The notes: a model not told the origin generated them from the sequence alone. Shown: positions 1 to 10,710, numbered from the stretch's first letter. The stretch is DNA of 64,000 nucleotides from a bacterium (GCA_965233585.1 CBDDTI010000747.1:384001-448000), one strand, 5' to 3'. Numbers and translations are program-made.

Positions 1-2123
1 ACCCCAAATTACAAACGAATGTTTCTGATGACGAAGTAGAACATCTTGAAGCCATCTCTCCATTTTACACATTTCAATATGGTCCTTTTCAAATTGGAAC
101 TGTCAGACCTGAGACTAAATTTGGTGACAAATACGTGGTTGTCAACCCAGATGATGAACGTTACGCACACTTTGAACATGGACAGCAATTTGAATGTGAG
201 TGGATCAATGGGAAAGTGCAAGCAACCTTAATCAAAGATGACGCTGTGGATCCCCATTTTGGCACGGGCGCCATGACCATCACACCATCACATGACCTGA
301 ATGATTTTGAGATTGCACAGAGGCATCAACTGGATTATGAGCCCGTTATTGGTCTTGATGGCAAACTGCTGGGTATCGCTAATGAATTTGAGGGGCAAGA
401 CATAGAGGCGGCACGTCCCCAAATTGTCAAAAAACTAGAATCTAAAGGGCTGTTAGTCAAAGTGGACAAAGACTACAAACACTCCAAAGCATTTAACAAA
501 CGGGGGCTTGGCGTCATTGAACCCCAAGTGCGTGAACAATGGTTTGTCAATGTCAATACTCCCAAAATTCAGTGGAAGGGTCAAAAGCGGAGTTTCAAAG
601 AGATTTTGCTTGATGTCATTCATTCGGGAGACATTCAAATCACACCTTCTCATTTTCAAGCAACGTATTTTCGTTGGGTGGACAATTTAAAAGACTGGTG
701 TATTTCTCGTCAAATTTGGTGGGGGCATCGCATTCCCGTTTGGTATCATCGCCATTCTAACGAAATGGCTGTTGGTCAAGCTCCAAATGAAGACTTCTGG
801 CAACAAGACCCTGACACGTTAGACACGTGGTTTTCTTCTGCCCTTTGGACGTTCTCAACCCTTGTGAACCCAAAACTAGCACAAGACCAGACACTTTCCT
901 TTGAAGACATTTTAAAGCAAAGCACCGACCTGCAAAAATTTCACCCAACCAGTGTCATGGAAACAGGTTATGACATTTTGTTTTTTTGGGTGGCGAGAAT
1001 GATTTTAGTGACAACTTACATGCTGGGAGAAGTCCCCTTTTATGATGTTTATCTTCATGGGTTAGTGCGAACAAAAGACAATAAAAAAATGTCTAAATCT
1101 GACCCTGAGACATGTATGGATCCACTGGATTCCATTGAGCAGTGCGGAGCAGATGCCTTTCGTCTAGCCTTGATTGTTGGCACAGCACCGGGCATGGATT
1201 CTAAATTATTCCCTGAAAAAATAGAGTCTTGCAGACGCTTCACCAATAAAATCTGGAATGCGGGACGTTATGTTTTAATGACACTTGAAAACGTCAACAC
1301 CACACCACCAACACAAGTGAATGACCTCATTTCAAGATGGATTTTAAGCAGGCTAAATACTCTGATTGCTGATGTCAATTTGAATCTGGAAAAGTTTCGG
1401 CTGGCAGAAACCATTGAAATTTTGCGTAGCTTTTTATGGAATGAATTTTGTGATTGGTATCTTGAAATGTCTAAAAAGCCTGAACGTTCTGCTGAAGATG
1501 ACCATGTTTTAGCTTACGTTTACACATCATTGTTGAAGCTACTCCACCCTTACGTTCCTTTTGTCACAGAAACATTGTGGCAGTCTTTTGAACAAGACCA
1601 ACATTTGGTCAAGTCAGAATTTCCTCAAGTGCTACCACAATTTGACTTTGCCCACGATGAAGCCCAAATTTCACTCATCAAAGAAGTCATCTCACAAATC
1701 CGCATCTTACGGGACAAAGCAAAATTGGGGTTAAACCTGAAAATTCAGGCAAAGGTGGCATCAACAACAAAAAACAAATTGTTTTTTCAGTACGAAGAGA
1801 CCATCAAAAGACTGGCAAGATTAGAGTCTTTAGAAGTTTTGGAGCAAAAACCAGAAGGGGGACTCACTGCCTCTTTCCAAGATTGTCATGTGAGTATTGA
1901 AAGTCAAGTGGTTGACTGTGAAGAAGAGTTAAAAAGTTTAAAAAAGAAACTTCAAAAAGAACAAGCATTCATTCACAAAAGCGAGGTAAAACTTTCAAAT
2001 CAAGATTTTTTATCAAAAGCCCCACAAGCAATCGTTGAAGAACTCCAACAAAAAATCCAAGTAGCTCACGAAAAAGCTCAACAACTTCAAGACCAAATTG
2101 ACAAATTGCAAAGCCAGTCTTAA
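1..2123 (+). CDS. valS: Valyl-tRNA synthetase (5' end outside window)
   Basis: Frame is open from position 3 (PKLQTNVSDDEVEH...RPETKFGD). Contains GTGAMTITPSHD, DWCISRQIWWGHRIP, DTLDTWFSS and KMSKS, plus the C-terminal coiled-coil arm. Confidence 0.97.
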   Translation, partial: PKLQTNVSDDEVEHLEAISPFYTFQYGPFQIGTVRPETKFGDKYVVVNPDDERYAHFEHGQQFECEWINGKVQATLIKDDAVDPHFGTGAMTITPSHDLNDFEIAQRHQLDYEPVIGLDGKLLGIANEFEGQDIEAARPQIVKKLESKGLLVKVDKDYKHSKAFNKRGLGVIEPQVREQWFVNVNTPKIQWKGQKRSFKEILLDVIHSGDIQITPSHFQATYFRWVDNLKDWCISRQIWWGHRIPVWYHRHSNEMAVGQAPNEDFWQQDPDTLDTWFSSALWTFSTLVNPKLAQDQTLSFEDILKQSTDLQKFHPTSVMETGYDILFFWVARMILVTTYMLGEVPFYDVYLHGLVRTKDNKKMSKSDPETCMDPLDSIEQCGADAFRLALIVGTAPGMDSKLFPEKIESCRRFTNKIWNAGRYVLMTLENVNTTPPTQVNDLISRWILSRLNTLIADVNLNLEKFRLAETIEILRSFLWNEFCDWYLEMSKKPERSAEDDHVLAYVYTSLLKLLHPYVPFVTETLWQSFEQDQHLVKSEFPQVLPQFDFAHDEAQISLIKEVISQIRILRDKAKLGLNLKIQAKVASTTKNKLFFQYEETIKRLARLESLEVLEQKPEGGLTASFQDCHVSIESQVVDCEEELKSLKKKLQKEQAFIHKSEVKLSNQDFLSKAPQAIVEELQQKIQVAHEKAQQLQDQIDKLQSQS

Positions 2124-2164
2124 ATCCCAAAAAACAAAAGTAAAATTGCTCACTTAAGCTCCCC

Positions 2165-2700
2165 AATGACGATTTTCAAGATGAGCAATGCAGAAAAGAC
2201 ATGTCTGAAACCCAGTCACTTGAGTGCTTGACACGGAGTCTCTCTTAAACCAAGCACAGATTCCTACATGATTTGATTCCTGCCCCTGTTTTCACAAAGG
2301 TGACATTCTTTCGCTCCGAATGACTGTAGTAGTCATTCCGTGCTTGACACGGAATCTCAAAAAACAAGAGTCTTTTGGGAAAATAAAGAGAGATGCGGGT
2401 CAAGGTCAGCAATGACTGTTTGCAAGGTGAACCATGACAAAAAAAGTGTTCCAATTCCCCTCTCTTTTTTTCTGTCATTCCGCACTTGATGCGGAATCTA
2501 TCAGCAATTAGAGGATAGATTCCTGCTTTCGCTCCGAATGACAAAGAAAGAGGAAAGAATGACCAAAGGCAACTCAGCCAAATCCTCCCGTCACTTGAGT
2601 GCCTGACACGGAATCTCAAAAAAAGGAGTTGTTGGCAAAAAGACAAGGGAGATTGCAGGTCAAGGTGAGCAATGACTAAAACACGTCTGCAATGACAGGG
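2165..2700. repeat. Cluster of dRS3/REP-like palindromes (GTCATT..AATCT / AGATT..AATGAC families)
   Basis: Examples: gtcattccgtgcttgacacggaatct, gtcattccgcacttgatgcggaatct, gagattgcaggtcaaggtgagcaatgac. Confidence 0.9.
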
Positions 2701-3009
2701 GAATGAACAAAATAAAACGGGTGGTCATTGTCAAAACACTGCACCAAAAAAGTTGCACTAAAAATGACTTGAACTTTGAAGGACATTTCTCTGGGATTCT
2801 GTTCTGATGATTTTTTAAAAAGACGTTGAAAGGCAACAGGCACTCCTTGTCTCTGGCAAATTACATGAGCTTTGAGTCTGTAACACTCTGTGTTTTTGCT
2901 TGGAATGTAGCCTCTAAATTGTTGTTCCTGAAAGAGTTTGCAACGAGGGATTCTGATGTTGTGGCAAGCTGCAATACGGACTACTTCTTACTAGCAACTT
3001 GGGTTAGGA

Positions 3010-3852
3010 TTATTCTTTGACAGCACCAGCGGTTAACCCTGACATGATTTGTCGTTGTAAGACCACAAACAACAAAAGCACAGGCAACACCGACAAGATA
3101 GAAGCTGCCATGAGTTCATTCCATATCACTTGTTGTCTTCCAGCAAACTGGAACAAGCCTTGTGGGATTGGCATGATTTCAGTCCTATTATTGAAAGTCA
3201 CTGCAAAAATAAATTGGTTGGCATAAGCACTAATGAAGGTATATGCGGCAACAACTGCAATCCCCGGTGCGGCTAATGGCACAATCACTTTCCAGATGGT
3301 GTAAAACGGTGAAGCTCCGTCTATCCATGCCGCTTCTTCTAATTCTTTGGGAATCCTTTCTATGTAGGGTTTTAACAAAAAAACAGATGTGGGAATCAAA
3401 AATGCTGTCCCTGGGATAATCATTGCGGCATAAGTGTTGAGCAAGCCTAATGCTTTCAGCTGACGGTACAAGGGAATGAGCAAAACTGCACCTGAAAACA
3501 TGTTGACCAGAAGCATAGAAGCAAGGATTTGTCTGCTCCCTGCAAATTGCAATCTTGCAAAAGCATAGGCAGCTGGAATACACAAGAGCAACACCAACAC
3601 TGTCACAAAACCCCCAATGTACAAGCTGTTGAGCATGTAACGTCCTAGCATGGGAACAGTTGACCACATCTGAAGATAGGATTGAAAACTAAACCTTTCT
3701 GACCAGAATTGATAAGGTGATGAAAACAAGTGGTCTAGCGGACGCAACGAGACAAAAAACATCTCTACAAAAGGCAGCAAGACAAACGTTAGAAAAACAA
3801 AGGTGAAGAAGTAGATGATGATTTTGAGATAGAGCGGATAGCGACTAATCAT
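3010..3852 (-). CDS. Carbohydrate ABC transporter permease (MalG-type)
   Basis: EAA loop IPKELEEAAWIDGAS; C-terminus SGLTAGAVKE; 6 TM segments. Confidence 0.95.
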   Translation of the reverse strand: MISRYPLYLKIIIYFFTFVFLTFVLLPFVEMFFVSLRPLDHLFSSPYQFWSERFSFQSYLQMWSTVPMLGRYMLNSLYIGGFVTVLVLLLCIPAAYAFARLQFAGSRQILASMLLVNMFSGAVLLIPLYRQLKALGLLNTYAAMIIPGTAFLIPTSVFLLKPYIERIPKELEEAAWIDGASPFYTIWKVIVPLAAPGIAVVAAYTFISAYANQFIFAVTFNNRTEIMPIPQGLFQFAGRQQVIWNELMAASILSVLPVLLLFVVLQRQIMSGLTAGAVKE

Positions 3853-4742
3853 TTTTGGACTCCTGAATCACGATTTGCCAGATATTTGAGTAATTGGAAA
3901 TACAAGAAAATGAAAGAAGACAGAATCAAAACAATGACCACAGCACGTGCAGAGCCTTCTCCATATTTAAACCTCCGTAAACCGACTTTAAACATATCTA
4001 TAATCATGGTGGTTGTTGCCTTGCCGGGTCCGCCTTTGGTTAAAATCCAAATCGGTTCAAAAGAGTTAAACGTCCAAATGGCAGACAGAATAGACATGCT
4101 ACTTAAAACAGGAGCAATTTGAGGGATTGTAATCTCCCAGAACCGATGCCAGCGAGACGCCCCATCTACCCATGCGGCTTCGTACAAATCTTTTGGCACT
4201 CCCTGCATGGCAGCCAATAAAAACAAGGTGACCATTGGAGTCCCTATCCAAACATCAGTGACCATCACCGACCAAAAAGCAGATACACGATGCCCCAAAA
4301 ACTCATAAGGTCCATCTAAAATTCCTAAATTTTGCAACGTTCCACTAATCAATCCAAAATTTCCTTGATACAGCCAAGTCCAGCCTATGATGCCAATCGC
4401 AATCGGCACAACCCAAGGAGGCATGAGTAAAATACGAAAAAGCGTTGTACCACGAAGGGAAGCATTGAGAAGTAAAGCCCCCAAAGTGCCAATCACCATT
4501 TTTAGCCCAACCCCAAGGAACATCCACAGGAAAGTTAAACCAATCACTTGATGAAAATTTCTGGAAAAGATTTTGGTGTAATTTTGGAATCCGATGTACT
4601 CATAGGTTGGTCTGAGTGAGGCATTTGTGAAAGATAGACGTATTGTCTCTATGAGGGGAACAGCCACAATGAATAACAAAAATCCCACAGCGGGAAAAAT
4701 CAAAAGATACGCAAAAAAAGCCTTAAACTGCCTTCTGGTCAT
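3849..4742 (-). CDS. Carbohydrate ABC transporter permease (MalF-type)
   Basis: YIGFQNY motif; EAA loop DLYEAAWVDGASRWHRFWEIT; TKGGPG. Confidence 0.95.
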   Translation of the reverse strand: MTRRQFKAFFAYLLIFPAVGFLLFIVAVPLIETIRLSFTNASLRPTYEYIGFQNYTKIFSRNFHQVIGLTFLWMFLGVGLKMVIGTLGALLLNASLRGTTLFRILLMPPWVVPIAIGIIGWTWLYQGNFGLISGTLQNLGILDGPYEFLGHRVSAFWSVMVTDVWIGTPMVTLFLLAAMQGVPKDLYEAAWVDGASRWHRFWEITIPQIAPVLSSMSILSAIWTFNSFEPIWILTKGGPGKATTTMIIDMFKVGLRRFKYGEGSARAVVIVLILSSFIFLYFQLLKYLANRDSGVQK

Positions 4743-4782
4743 TGTCTTAGATGTATCTCTAAATTGATTAATGTCTTTACAA

Positions 4783-5931
4783 CTAAACTAAAGCATAGGA
4801 ATCCAGTTGATTCCAAGTGTTTTGTAAATCAATCATTGTTCCTGTCTTTCTGGATTCGTCTGCTTTTAAGGCAACTAGACCTGCAATCATGGCATCTACC
4901 ACAGAGACAGGTTGTTCGGCAGAGTCTCTCCAGAATGCCAGTAAATCTTTCACCATGAGTTCATCTGCTCCATAATGCCCGGAGCCATCTTTGCTATATT
5001 GCTGGTCAAACAATATCTTGCCACTGTGTGCATCATGGATTTTTAAGAAACCCCGCATAAAGTCGCCTTCTGCCATGCCACTGCTTCCAATCACAGCAAA
5101 ACGTCTGTATTCATCAGGAACATTAAGGTTGGTATGAAAGGATAAGTTTGCACCGTTTTCATATTCCATAAGCACAGTTTGATAGTCAATAATGTCCCCT
5201 TGAGAGTCAAAAACTTGGTTGCTTCCTTGCCAGCCACTTGGCTTGCGATGGAACACTTCTATTGAAGACCCAGCAGGGGGTTCATTGCCTTTGACAAAAG
5301 ATTTTCTTCCACCAAAACTTGCAATTTTCTTGGGTCTTGAATTGACAATCATGTTGTAAATGTCAAAATCATGGCAGCATTTCTCTATCAAAAATCCCCC
5401 TGAGTACTTCTCAAACCGTCGCCAATCTCTCATAAAAAAGGCGCCATGGTAGGGTGCAATGTGTTCTGTGGCTTCCATGCCTCCAATTTGTCCAAGTTTT
5501 GGTAGGAATTTTTTGAGGTCTCGCATGTGTTGGGAATATCTTAAAACTAAGCCAACGCTCATTTTTTGAGTCCCATGCTTTTGCAAAAGTTCTGCAAGTT
5601 GCCACGTTTGTTGTTCAGACACCACAATTGGCTTTTCTGAAAAAATTTGATAGCCTGCCTCAAGTCCTTTTTGGATATGTTCCAGATGCAAATGATTCGG
5701 AGAGCCAATCATCAAAATATCAAAATCTTCTTTGGCAATCATTTCATCAAGCGTGTCATATCCCTTTGGGGACGCCCCCGCTTTTTGAAGAGTCTCCAAT
5801 CCTGCAGGTTGCGGGTCAGCGTATGACACCATTTCAACATCTGAATCTGCTTGCATCAAGAGTCTGCCAAGATGCCCCAAACGGAATCCCAGACCTACCA
5901 TTCCAAAACGAATTTTCTTTTGATGTGTCAT
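4783..5931 (-). CDS. Gfo/Idh/MocA family oxidoreductase
   Basis: N-terminal Rossmann fold (GMVGLG), EKP motif and EKCCHDFD motif. Confidence 0.9.
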   Translation of the reverse strand: MTHQKKIRFGMVGLGFRLGHLGRLLMQADSDVEMVSYADPQPAGLETLQKAGASPKGYDTLDEMIAKEDFDILMIGSPNHLHLEHIQKGLEAGYQIFSEKPIVVSEQQTWQLAELLQKHGTQKMSVGLVLRYSQHMRDLKKFLPKLGQIGGMEATEHIAPYHGAFFMRDWRRFEKYSGGFLIEKCCHDFDIYNMIVNSRPKKIASFGGRKSFVKGNEPPAGSSIEVFHRKPSGWQGSNQVFDSQGDIIDYQTVLMEYENGANLSFHTNLNVPDEYRRFAVIGSSGMAEGDFMRGFLKIHDAHSGKILFDQQYSKDGSGHYGADELMVKDLLAFWRDSAEQPVSVVDAMIAGLVALKADESRKTGTMIDLQNTWNQLDSYALV

Positions 5932-5959
5932 GTGTGGTTTGTGATAGATTGAAAGTGTA

Positions 5960-6919
5960 TCATTGACAAAGAGTGTGCATGTAGAGTTCTAGTAATTTTT
6001 CATTGTCAACTTGAGTGCAAATTTTTTGACTAGGTTGGTCGCTCCATTCATCAATGGCATAGCGACGTTGGTCTTTTTTCAACATTGTGTGTCCAACAGC
6101 AACACCTTCTTTGACCACGCGTATTGGACCTTCTTGAATAGTGAAAAGTTCAGGGGCAATCAAGTAAGCAAGAGCAGAAAAGTCATGCACACAAAACCCT
6201 AAGGCATTTCGTTCTCTTTTGTAAAAATCGGAATAAAGACGGCTGATGTCATAAACGAATTGACCATATTCTTTTGAATTTTGACGCAAGACTTCCATGT
6301 AATCATCACTCATCACAGATTGATGAGTGACGTCTAAACCAACCATCGTCACTTGCCAGTTTGACGTGAGAACCATGTCAGCGGCATGAGGGTCGCAAAT
6401 GATGTTTGCCTCCGCAAAGGGTGTGACGTTTCCTGCATGTCCATTGTATCCAAAAGCACCTCCCATCAAGACCACTTCTTTGGCTAGTTTGATGATGCTT
6501 GGTTCTTTTTGAAGAGCCAAAGCCAGATTAGTCAGACTTGCCACACCAACGATTGTGATTTCCTGAGGGTGTGCTTTGAGTGTGTCAATGATGTAGTCAT
6601 GGGCAGGTCTTGGGTCAGGTTGACCATAATCTTTATCAGGAATGTCAATGTCACCTAAAGCATTTTGACCATGGATAAAGGTCGGAGGAGGATGAAGTTC
6701 ACGAACTAATGGCTGACCTGCACCTTTGGCAACATCGGCAGTCAGTCCAAATTTTTGCTTCACAAACAAGGCATTTCTCGTAACGTTTTCAATCGTGCCA
6801 TTGCCAAAAACAGTGGTCATGCCAAGCAAATCTATTTCTGGGCAGGCATGAGCAAAGAGGATTGCCATCGTGTCATCTACACCAGGGTCTGTGTCAAAAA
6901 TAATTTTATGCTTTGTCAT
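5960..6919 (-). CDS. Inosine/uridine-preferring nucleoside hydrolase
   Basis: DTDPGVDD, HGQNALG, GNVTPFAEANI, GLDVTH and VHD motifs. Confidence 0.95.
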   Translation of the reverse strand: MTKHKIIFDTDPGVDDTMAILFAHACPEIDLLGMTTVFGNGTIENVTRNALFVKQKFGLTADVAKGAGQPLVRELHPPPTFIHGQNALGDIDIPDKDYGQPDPRPAHDYIIDTLKAHPQEITIVGVASLTNLALALQKEPSIIKLAKEVVLMGGAFGYNGHAGNVTPFAEANIICDPHAADMVLTSNWQVTMVGLDVTHQSVMSDDYMEVLRQNSKEYGQFVYDISRLYSDFYKRERNALGFCVHDFSALAYLIAPELFTIQEGPIRVVKEGVAVGHTMLKKDQRRYAIDEWSDQPSQKICTQVDNEKLLELYMHTLCQ

Positions 6920-8166
6920 AAAATTTTCCTTACTTTGAGGATTGAATTTTTAGAGGGTTGAATTTTCATCTGTTCTAATAGCAAACAAACCATGACTAAA
7001 GTGCTGACTATCACAAAAAGAATGGCAACCATGACCATTGCTCTTGAGACTCCAAAGTTTTCTACTACTTTTGCAGAAAATGCTGGTGCTAGAGTCGTCC
7101 CAGTTGCCCCACAGGTCAGCAAAAAAGTGACTAAGACAGGAGGGGCGTTTTTAACTTGTTGAGATCCTAAAGAAACAGTCAATTTATAGGCGCAAACTGT
7201 GAAGAATCCAAACCCTAAAGTCACCATTAAAAATAAATCTGCACGGTCTGTCATGCTTAAAAAAGCAGTGGCAACAACTGCAATGGAAAGGACACCAATC
7301 AAGACGAATCTGGCAGGAACTTTGCTGACCAAGACAGCAATCACCATCAGTCCAAACACTGCAGGTCCCCAATAATTGCCCACAGCTGCCCCTGCCTCAT
7401 TTGCTGATAATCCAAAAGTCTCTTGTAAGTAACTCGGTGACCATGTGATAAACGTCGCTTGACCTGCAGTATAAAAACACAGAGCAAAGCCAATCAGTAA
7501 AACCCTGACGTTCAAGACGTTTTTGAACAGTTTGAACATTTGACTCGGCTTAACCGACTGTTCTTGTAATGCTTTTTCAGGGTAATTCAAAAATAAAGTA
7601 CTCACAGCAACCATGAGAGCAACAACTGCCACTGCACCATAAGAATAAACCCAAGAGATGTTTTTAAAAATAATCCAAGTAGCTAGTGTAGAGAATAGGA
7701 AACTTGAGGCACTAAACGCCGCATCTGCTGTGATGAATGCTGATGCTCGTTGAGCTTCAGTAAAAATTTTGGAAATCACAACTGCCCCACCAGAAAGCCC
7801 AATGCCTGCACAAAAACCTATTGCAAGTAAGTACAAAGAAATGACAGATTGCTCACGAATATCCAATAAAGTCAATGCAGACACGACTAATATGAAAAAC
7901 AAATAAGCAACACGCAACACTTGACGAATTGCAAATTTAGAATACACCAACATTGAAAGGGTCGTCCCCACCAAAACCCCACCTGTGAGATATGAGAACA
8001 TTGCCGCAGAGTCAGTCATGCTAATACCTAGATAACCAGCAACGGGTTGGATAATGATTCCTGTCTGCATGATTAAACCTGACATGATTGCATAAGTCAG
8101 GCAAGCCGCAGTCATCAAGCTGATTTTGTGAAATGTCATCGCTTTCAAAAGTTGTTTTTGAATCAC
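6916..8166 (-). CDS. MFS transporter, TsgA-like
   Basis: 12 hydrophobic segments; resembles the TsgA/FucP MFS subfamily. The true start may be at MTFHK (8139). Confidence 0.8.
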   Translation of the reverse strand: MIQKQLLKAMTFHKISLMTAACLTYAIMSGLIMQTGIIIQPVAGYLGISMTDSAAMFSYLTGGVLVGTTLSMLVYSKFAIRQVLRVAYLFFILVVSALTLLDIREQSVISLYLLAIGFCAGIGLSGGAVVISKIFTEAQRASAFITADAAFSASSFLFSTLATWIIFKNISWVYSYGAVAVVALMVAVSTLFLNYPEKALQEQSVKPSQMFKLFKNVLNVRVLLIGFALCFYTAGQATFITWSPSYLQETFGLSANEAGAAVGNYWGPAVFGLMVIAVLVSKVPARFVLIGVLSIAVVATAFLSMTDRADLFLMVTLGFGFFTVCAYKLTVSLGSQQVKNAPPVLVTFLLTCGATGTTLAPAFSAKVVENFGVSRAMVMVAILFVIVSTLVMVCLLLEQMKIQPSKNSILKVRKIL

Positions 8167-8389
8167 CTCAAAGTCTGCCAGTTAACCCCAACATAGTCAG
8201 TCTTCCAAGACAAAGATTGATTTTTCTAGTAAAAATTGAACACGCTATCATGCAACATTCACAATCAGTTGTCAAGTTTTTATCAAATCATCTTTCTTTA
8301 TAGCTAATCAGGTTCTCAGCACAATACGTTGCTCTCTTATCATTCCTAATTCTTTAGAACGAGTTCCTGTTTAGGCTGTAAAACTTTAA

Positions 8390-8870
8390 ACCTTGCCCTG
8401 CAACCTCACTTGTCTTTTTTCCAAACTTCCCGTCATTGCTCACCTTGCCCACAATTTCTTTTTGTTTTTTGAGATTCCGTGTCAATCAAGGAATGACTGA
8501 ATCGTCATTGCTGACCTTGAAAATTGTCATTGCGTGCTTGACCCGCAATCTCTCTTTTTTTCTTCAAACACAGGACAAACACTTGGGTTTGTCCCTACGT
8601 TGTGACCTGATGGCTTGCCTTTTCGTCATTCTGTGCTTGACCCGCAATCTCTCTTTTTTTCTTCAAACACAGGACAAACACTTGGGTTTGTCCCTACGCT
8701 GTCACCTGCTGACGTGTCTTGGTCATTGCGGGCTTGACCCGCAATCTTGTTTTGTTTTTGGGATTCCGCATCAAGCACGGAATGACTGCTACTGTCATTC
8801 CTGCGAAAGCAGGAATCCATGCTTGGTTTGGTGATAGATTCCGCATCAAGTGCGGAATGACCAAGAGAGA
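8390..8870. repeat. REP-like palindrome cluster, including a ~99-bp-period tandem duplication and GTAG-type REPs
   Basis: gtcattgcgggcttgacccgcaatct, gtcattcctgcgaaagcaggaatcc, and ggacaaacacttgggtttgtccctac twice. Confidence 0.9.
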
Positions 8871-8934
8871 TTTTGAGAAATCTTAAAAATTCCTTAAAAA
8901 ACCAAAAAATTCCCTCAAAATTCTGAGTCGTGGC

Positions 8935-8963
8935 TTGTATTTTTTTTTGTACTTGCATAGTAT
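8935..8963 (+). promoter_or_regulatory. Putative sigma70 promoter with a poly-T (T9) run in the spacer, upstream of the SBBP lipoprotein
   Basis: TTGTAT-17 nt-TAGTAT, with T9 at 8940-8948. Conserved upstream of the paralog, where the run is T8 and the spacer 16 nt. Confidence 0.55.
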
Positions 8964-9090
8964 GGGTTTGGTTTTTCTTCAACTCTTTCCCCTGAAAATT
9001 AGATGATGTTTTTTCAAACCAAGAGTTGTTCCCACGAAAGCACCCGTTGGGTATTTTCTTTTTGTTCAACCTCTACATGGAGTCCATCAA

Positions 9091-10710
9091 ATGTTTGCAT
9101 GTCATACAATCCAGATTTTCTCAAAAGCACTTGTTGCCTGCACCGATGCTTTTGCATCATTTCTTAAACCTTCTTCTTTGAAGAAATGTTCAATCCTGCT
9201 TGGTTTCAGTGTCCTTGTTGCCTGCACTGACAAACGTAGTCCATCAGATGAAAACACTGCCTCTGTCTCACCAAAGCCACCAAAACCATCAACTAGATTG
9301 TCAGTGTCAGCCAGAACATTCACTTTTACTGAAGAATCAGGCAAGAGTTACGAATGTTCCAAAGATGGAGGCACAACTCCTACTGATTGCAGCAGTCCTT
9401 TTAGTTTTGGAGACAATGCCATTGCCAAAGACAAGCTCTGCGTTCGTGTCAAAGCATCAGGTAATACGCCTGCTTCTGATTGGAGTTGCTACAACCAAGC
9501 CATTGCTGAACACTTGGCTAAACAATGGTCTCGTCTCCTTGGCACTGGTGGTATTGATATTGGATTTGGAGTGAGTGTGGATTCTAAAGGAGCAATCTAT
9601 GTGACAGGATACTCTTCAGGAGCTTTTGATGGAAAGACCAATCAAGGAAGTGCTGACTTGTTTTTAATCAAGTATGACAGTTCAGGCAACAAGCAGTGGT
9701 CTAAATTGCTTGGCAGTAGCAATTTTGATTTTGGCTGGGCAGTGAGTGTGGATTCAGCAGACAATGTCTATGTGTCAGGAATGCTTGCAGGAAATTTTGA
9801 TGGACAGACCAATCAAGGAGGTAGGGACATGTTTTTAATCAAGTATGATGCTTCAGGCAATAAGCAGTGGTCTAAGTTGGTTGGCACTAGCGGTACTGAT
9901 CAAGGATATGGGGTGAGTGTGGATTCAGCAGGCAATGTTTACGTCACTGGAGAGTCTGAGGGAAATTTTGATGGACATACCAATTCAGGAGGTAAGGACA
10001 TGTTTTTAGTGAAGTATAACACTTCAGGTGTCAAGCAGTGGTCTAAGTTGGTTGGCACTAGCAGTGATGATGAAGGATTTGGAGTGAGTGTAGATTCATC
10101 AGACAATGTCTATGTGACTGGAGAGTCTGAGGGAAATTTTGATGGACATACCAATTCAGGAGGTAAGGACATGTTTTTAATCAAGTATGACAGTTCAGGC
10201 AACAAGCAGTGGTCTAAATTGCTTGGCAGTCGGTTTCGTGATGAAGGATTAGGAATGAATGTGGATTCATCAGGCAATGTTTACGTGACAGGATTCTCTG
10301 CAGGAGCCTTTGATGGACACACCCATTCAGGAAATGAGGACATGTTTTTAATCAAGTATGATACTTCAGGCAACAAGCAGTGGTCTAAGTTGGTTGGCAC
10401 TAGCAGTGGTGATAGAGGAAAAGGAGTGAGTGTAGATTCAGCAGGCAGTGTTTACGTGACAGGATACTCTGCAGGAGCTTTTGATGGACACACCAATCAA
10501 GGAAGTACTGACATGTTTTTAATCAAGTATGACAGTTCAGGTGTCAAAAAGAGGTCAAAACTGCTTGGCACTAACGCTACTGATGAAGGATTAGGAGTGA
10601 GTGTGGATTCATCAGACAATGTCTATGTGACAGGATACTCTCAAGGAGCTTTTGATGGACACACCCGTTCAGGAGACAATGACATGCTTTTAATCAAGTT
10701 TGGGAAGTAG
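9091..10710 (+). CDS. Lipoprotein with 7 SBBP (seven-bladed beta-propeller) repeats
   Basis: Lipobox VLVAC; seven 56-aa repeats GVSVDSxGNVYVTG...DMFLIKYDSSGNKQWSKL; GGAG SD upstream. Confidence 0.9.
   Translation: MFACHTIQIFSKALVACTDAFASFLKPSSLKKCSILLGFSVLVACTDKRSPSDENTASVSPKPPKPSTRLSVSARTFTFTEESGKSYECSKDGGTTPTDCSSPFSFGDNAIAKDKLCVRVKASGNTPASDWSCYNQAIAEHLAKQWSRLLGTGGIDIGFGVSVDSKGAIYVTGYSSGAFDGKTNQGSADLFLIKYDSSGNKQWSKLLGSSNFDFGWAVSVDSADNVYVSGMLAGNFDGQTNQGGRDMFLIKYDASGNKQWSKLVGTSGTDQGYGVSVDSAGNVYVTGESEGNFDGHTNSGGKDMFLVKYNTSGVKQWSKLVGTSSDDEGFGVSVDSSDNVYVTGESEGNFDGHTNSGGKDMFLIKYDSSGNKQWSKLLGSRFRDEGLGMNVDSSGNVYVTGFSAGAFDGHTHSGNEDMFLIKYDTSGNKQWSKLVGTSSGDRGKGVSVDSAGSVYVTGYSAGAFDGHTNQGSTDMFLIKYDSSGVKKRSKLLGTNATDEGLGVSVDSSDNVYVTGYSQGAFDGHTRSGDNDMLLIKFGK

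Noticed and set aside
2245..2646. ORFs in repeat arrays (2245-2646, 8436-8834, 10765-11121, 23847-24101, 54461-54781, 58026-58546 etc.)
   Set aside because: They are translations of the palindromes (RFRIKCGMT, HCGLDPQS, LTRNL) with no SD or family motifs.
9010..9060. Riboswitch in the conserved 5' UTR of the SBBP genes (cccacgaaagcacccgttgggt)
   Set aside because: Only a short hairpin with no recognisable riboswitch consensus; conservation is explained by recent duplication. An Rfam scan would settle it.
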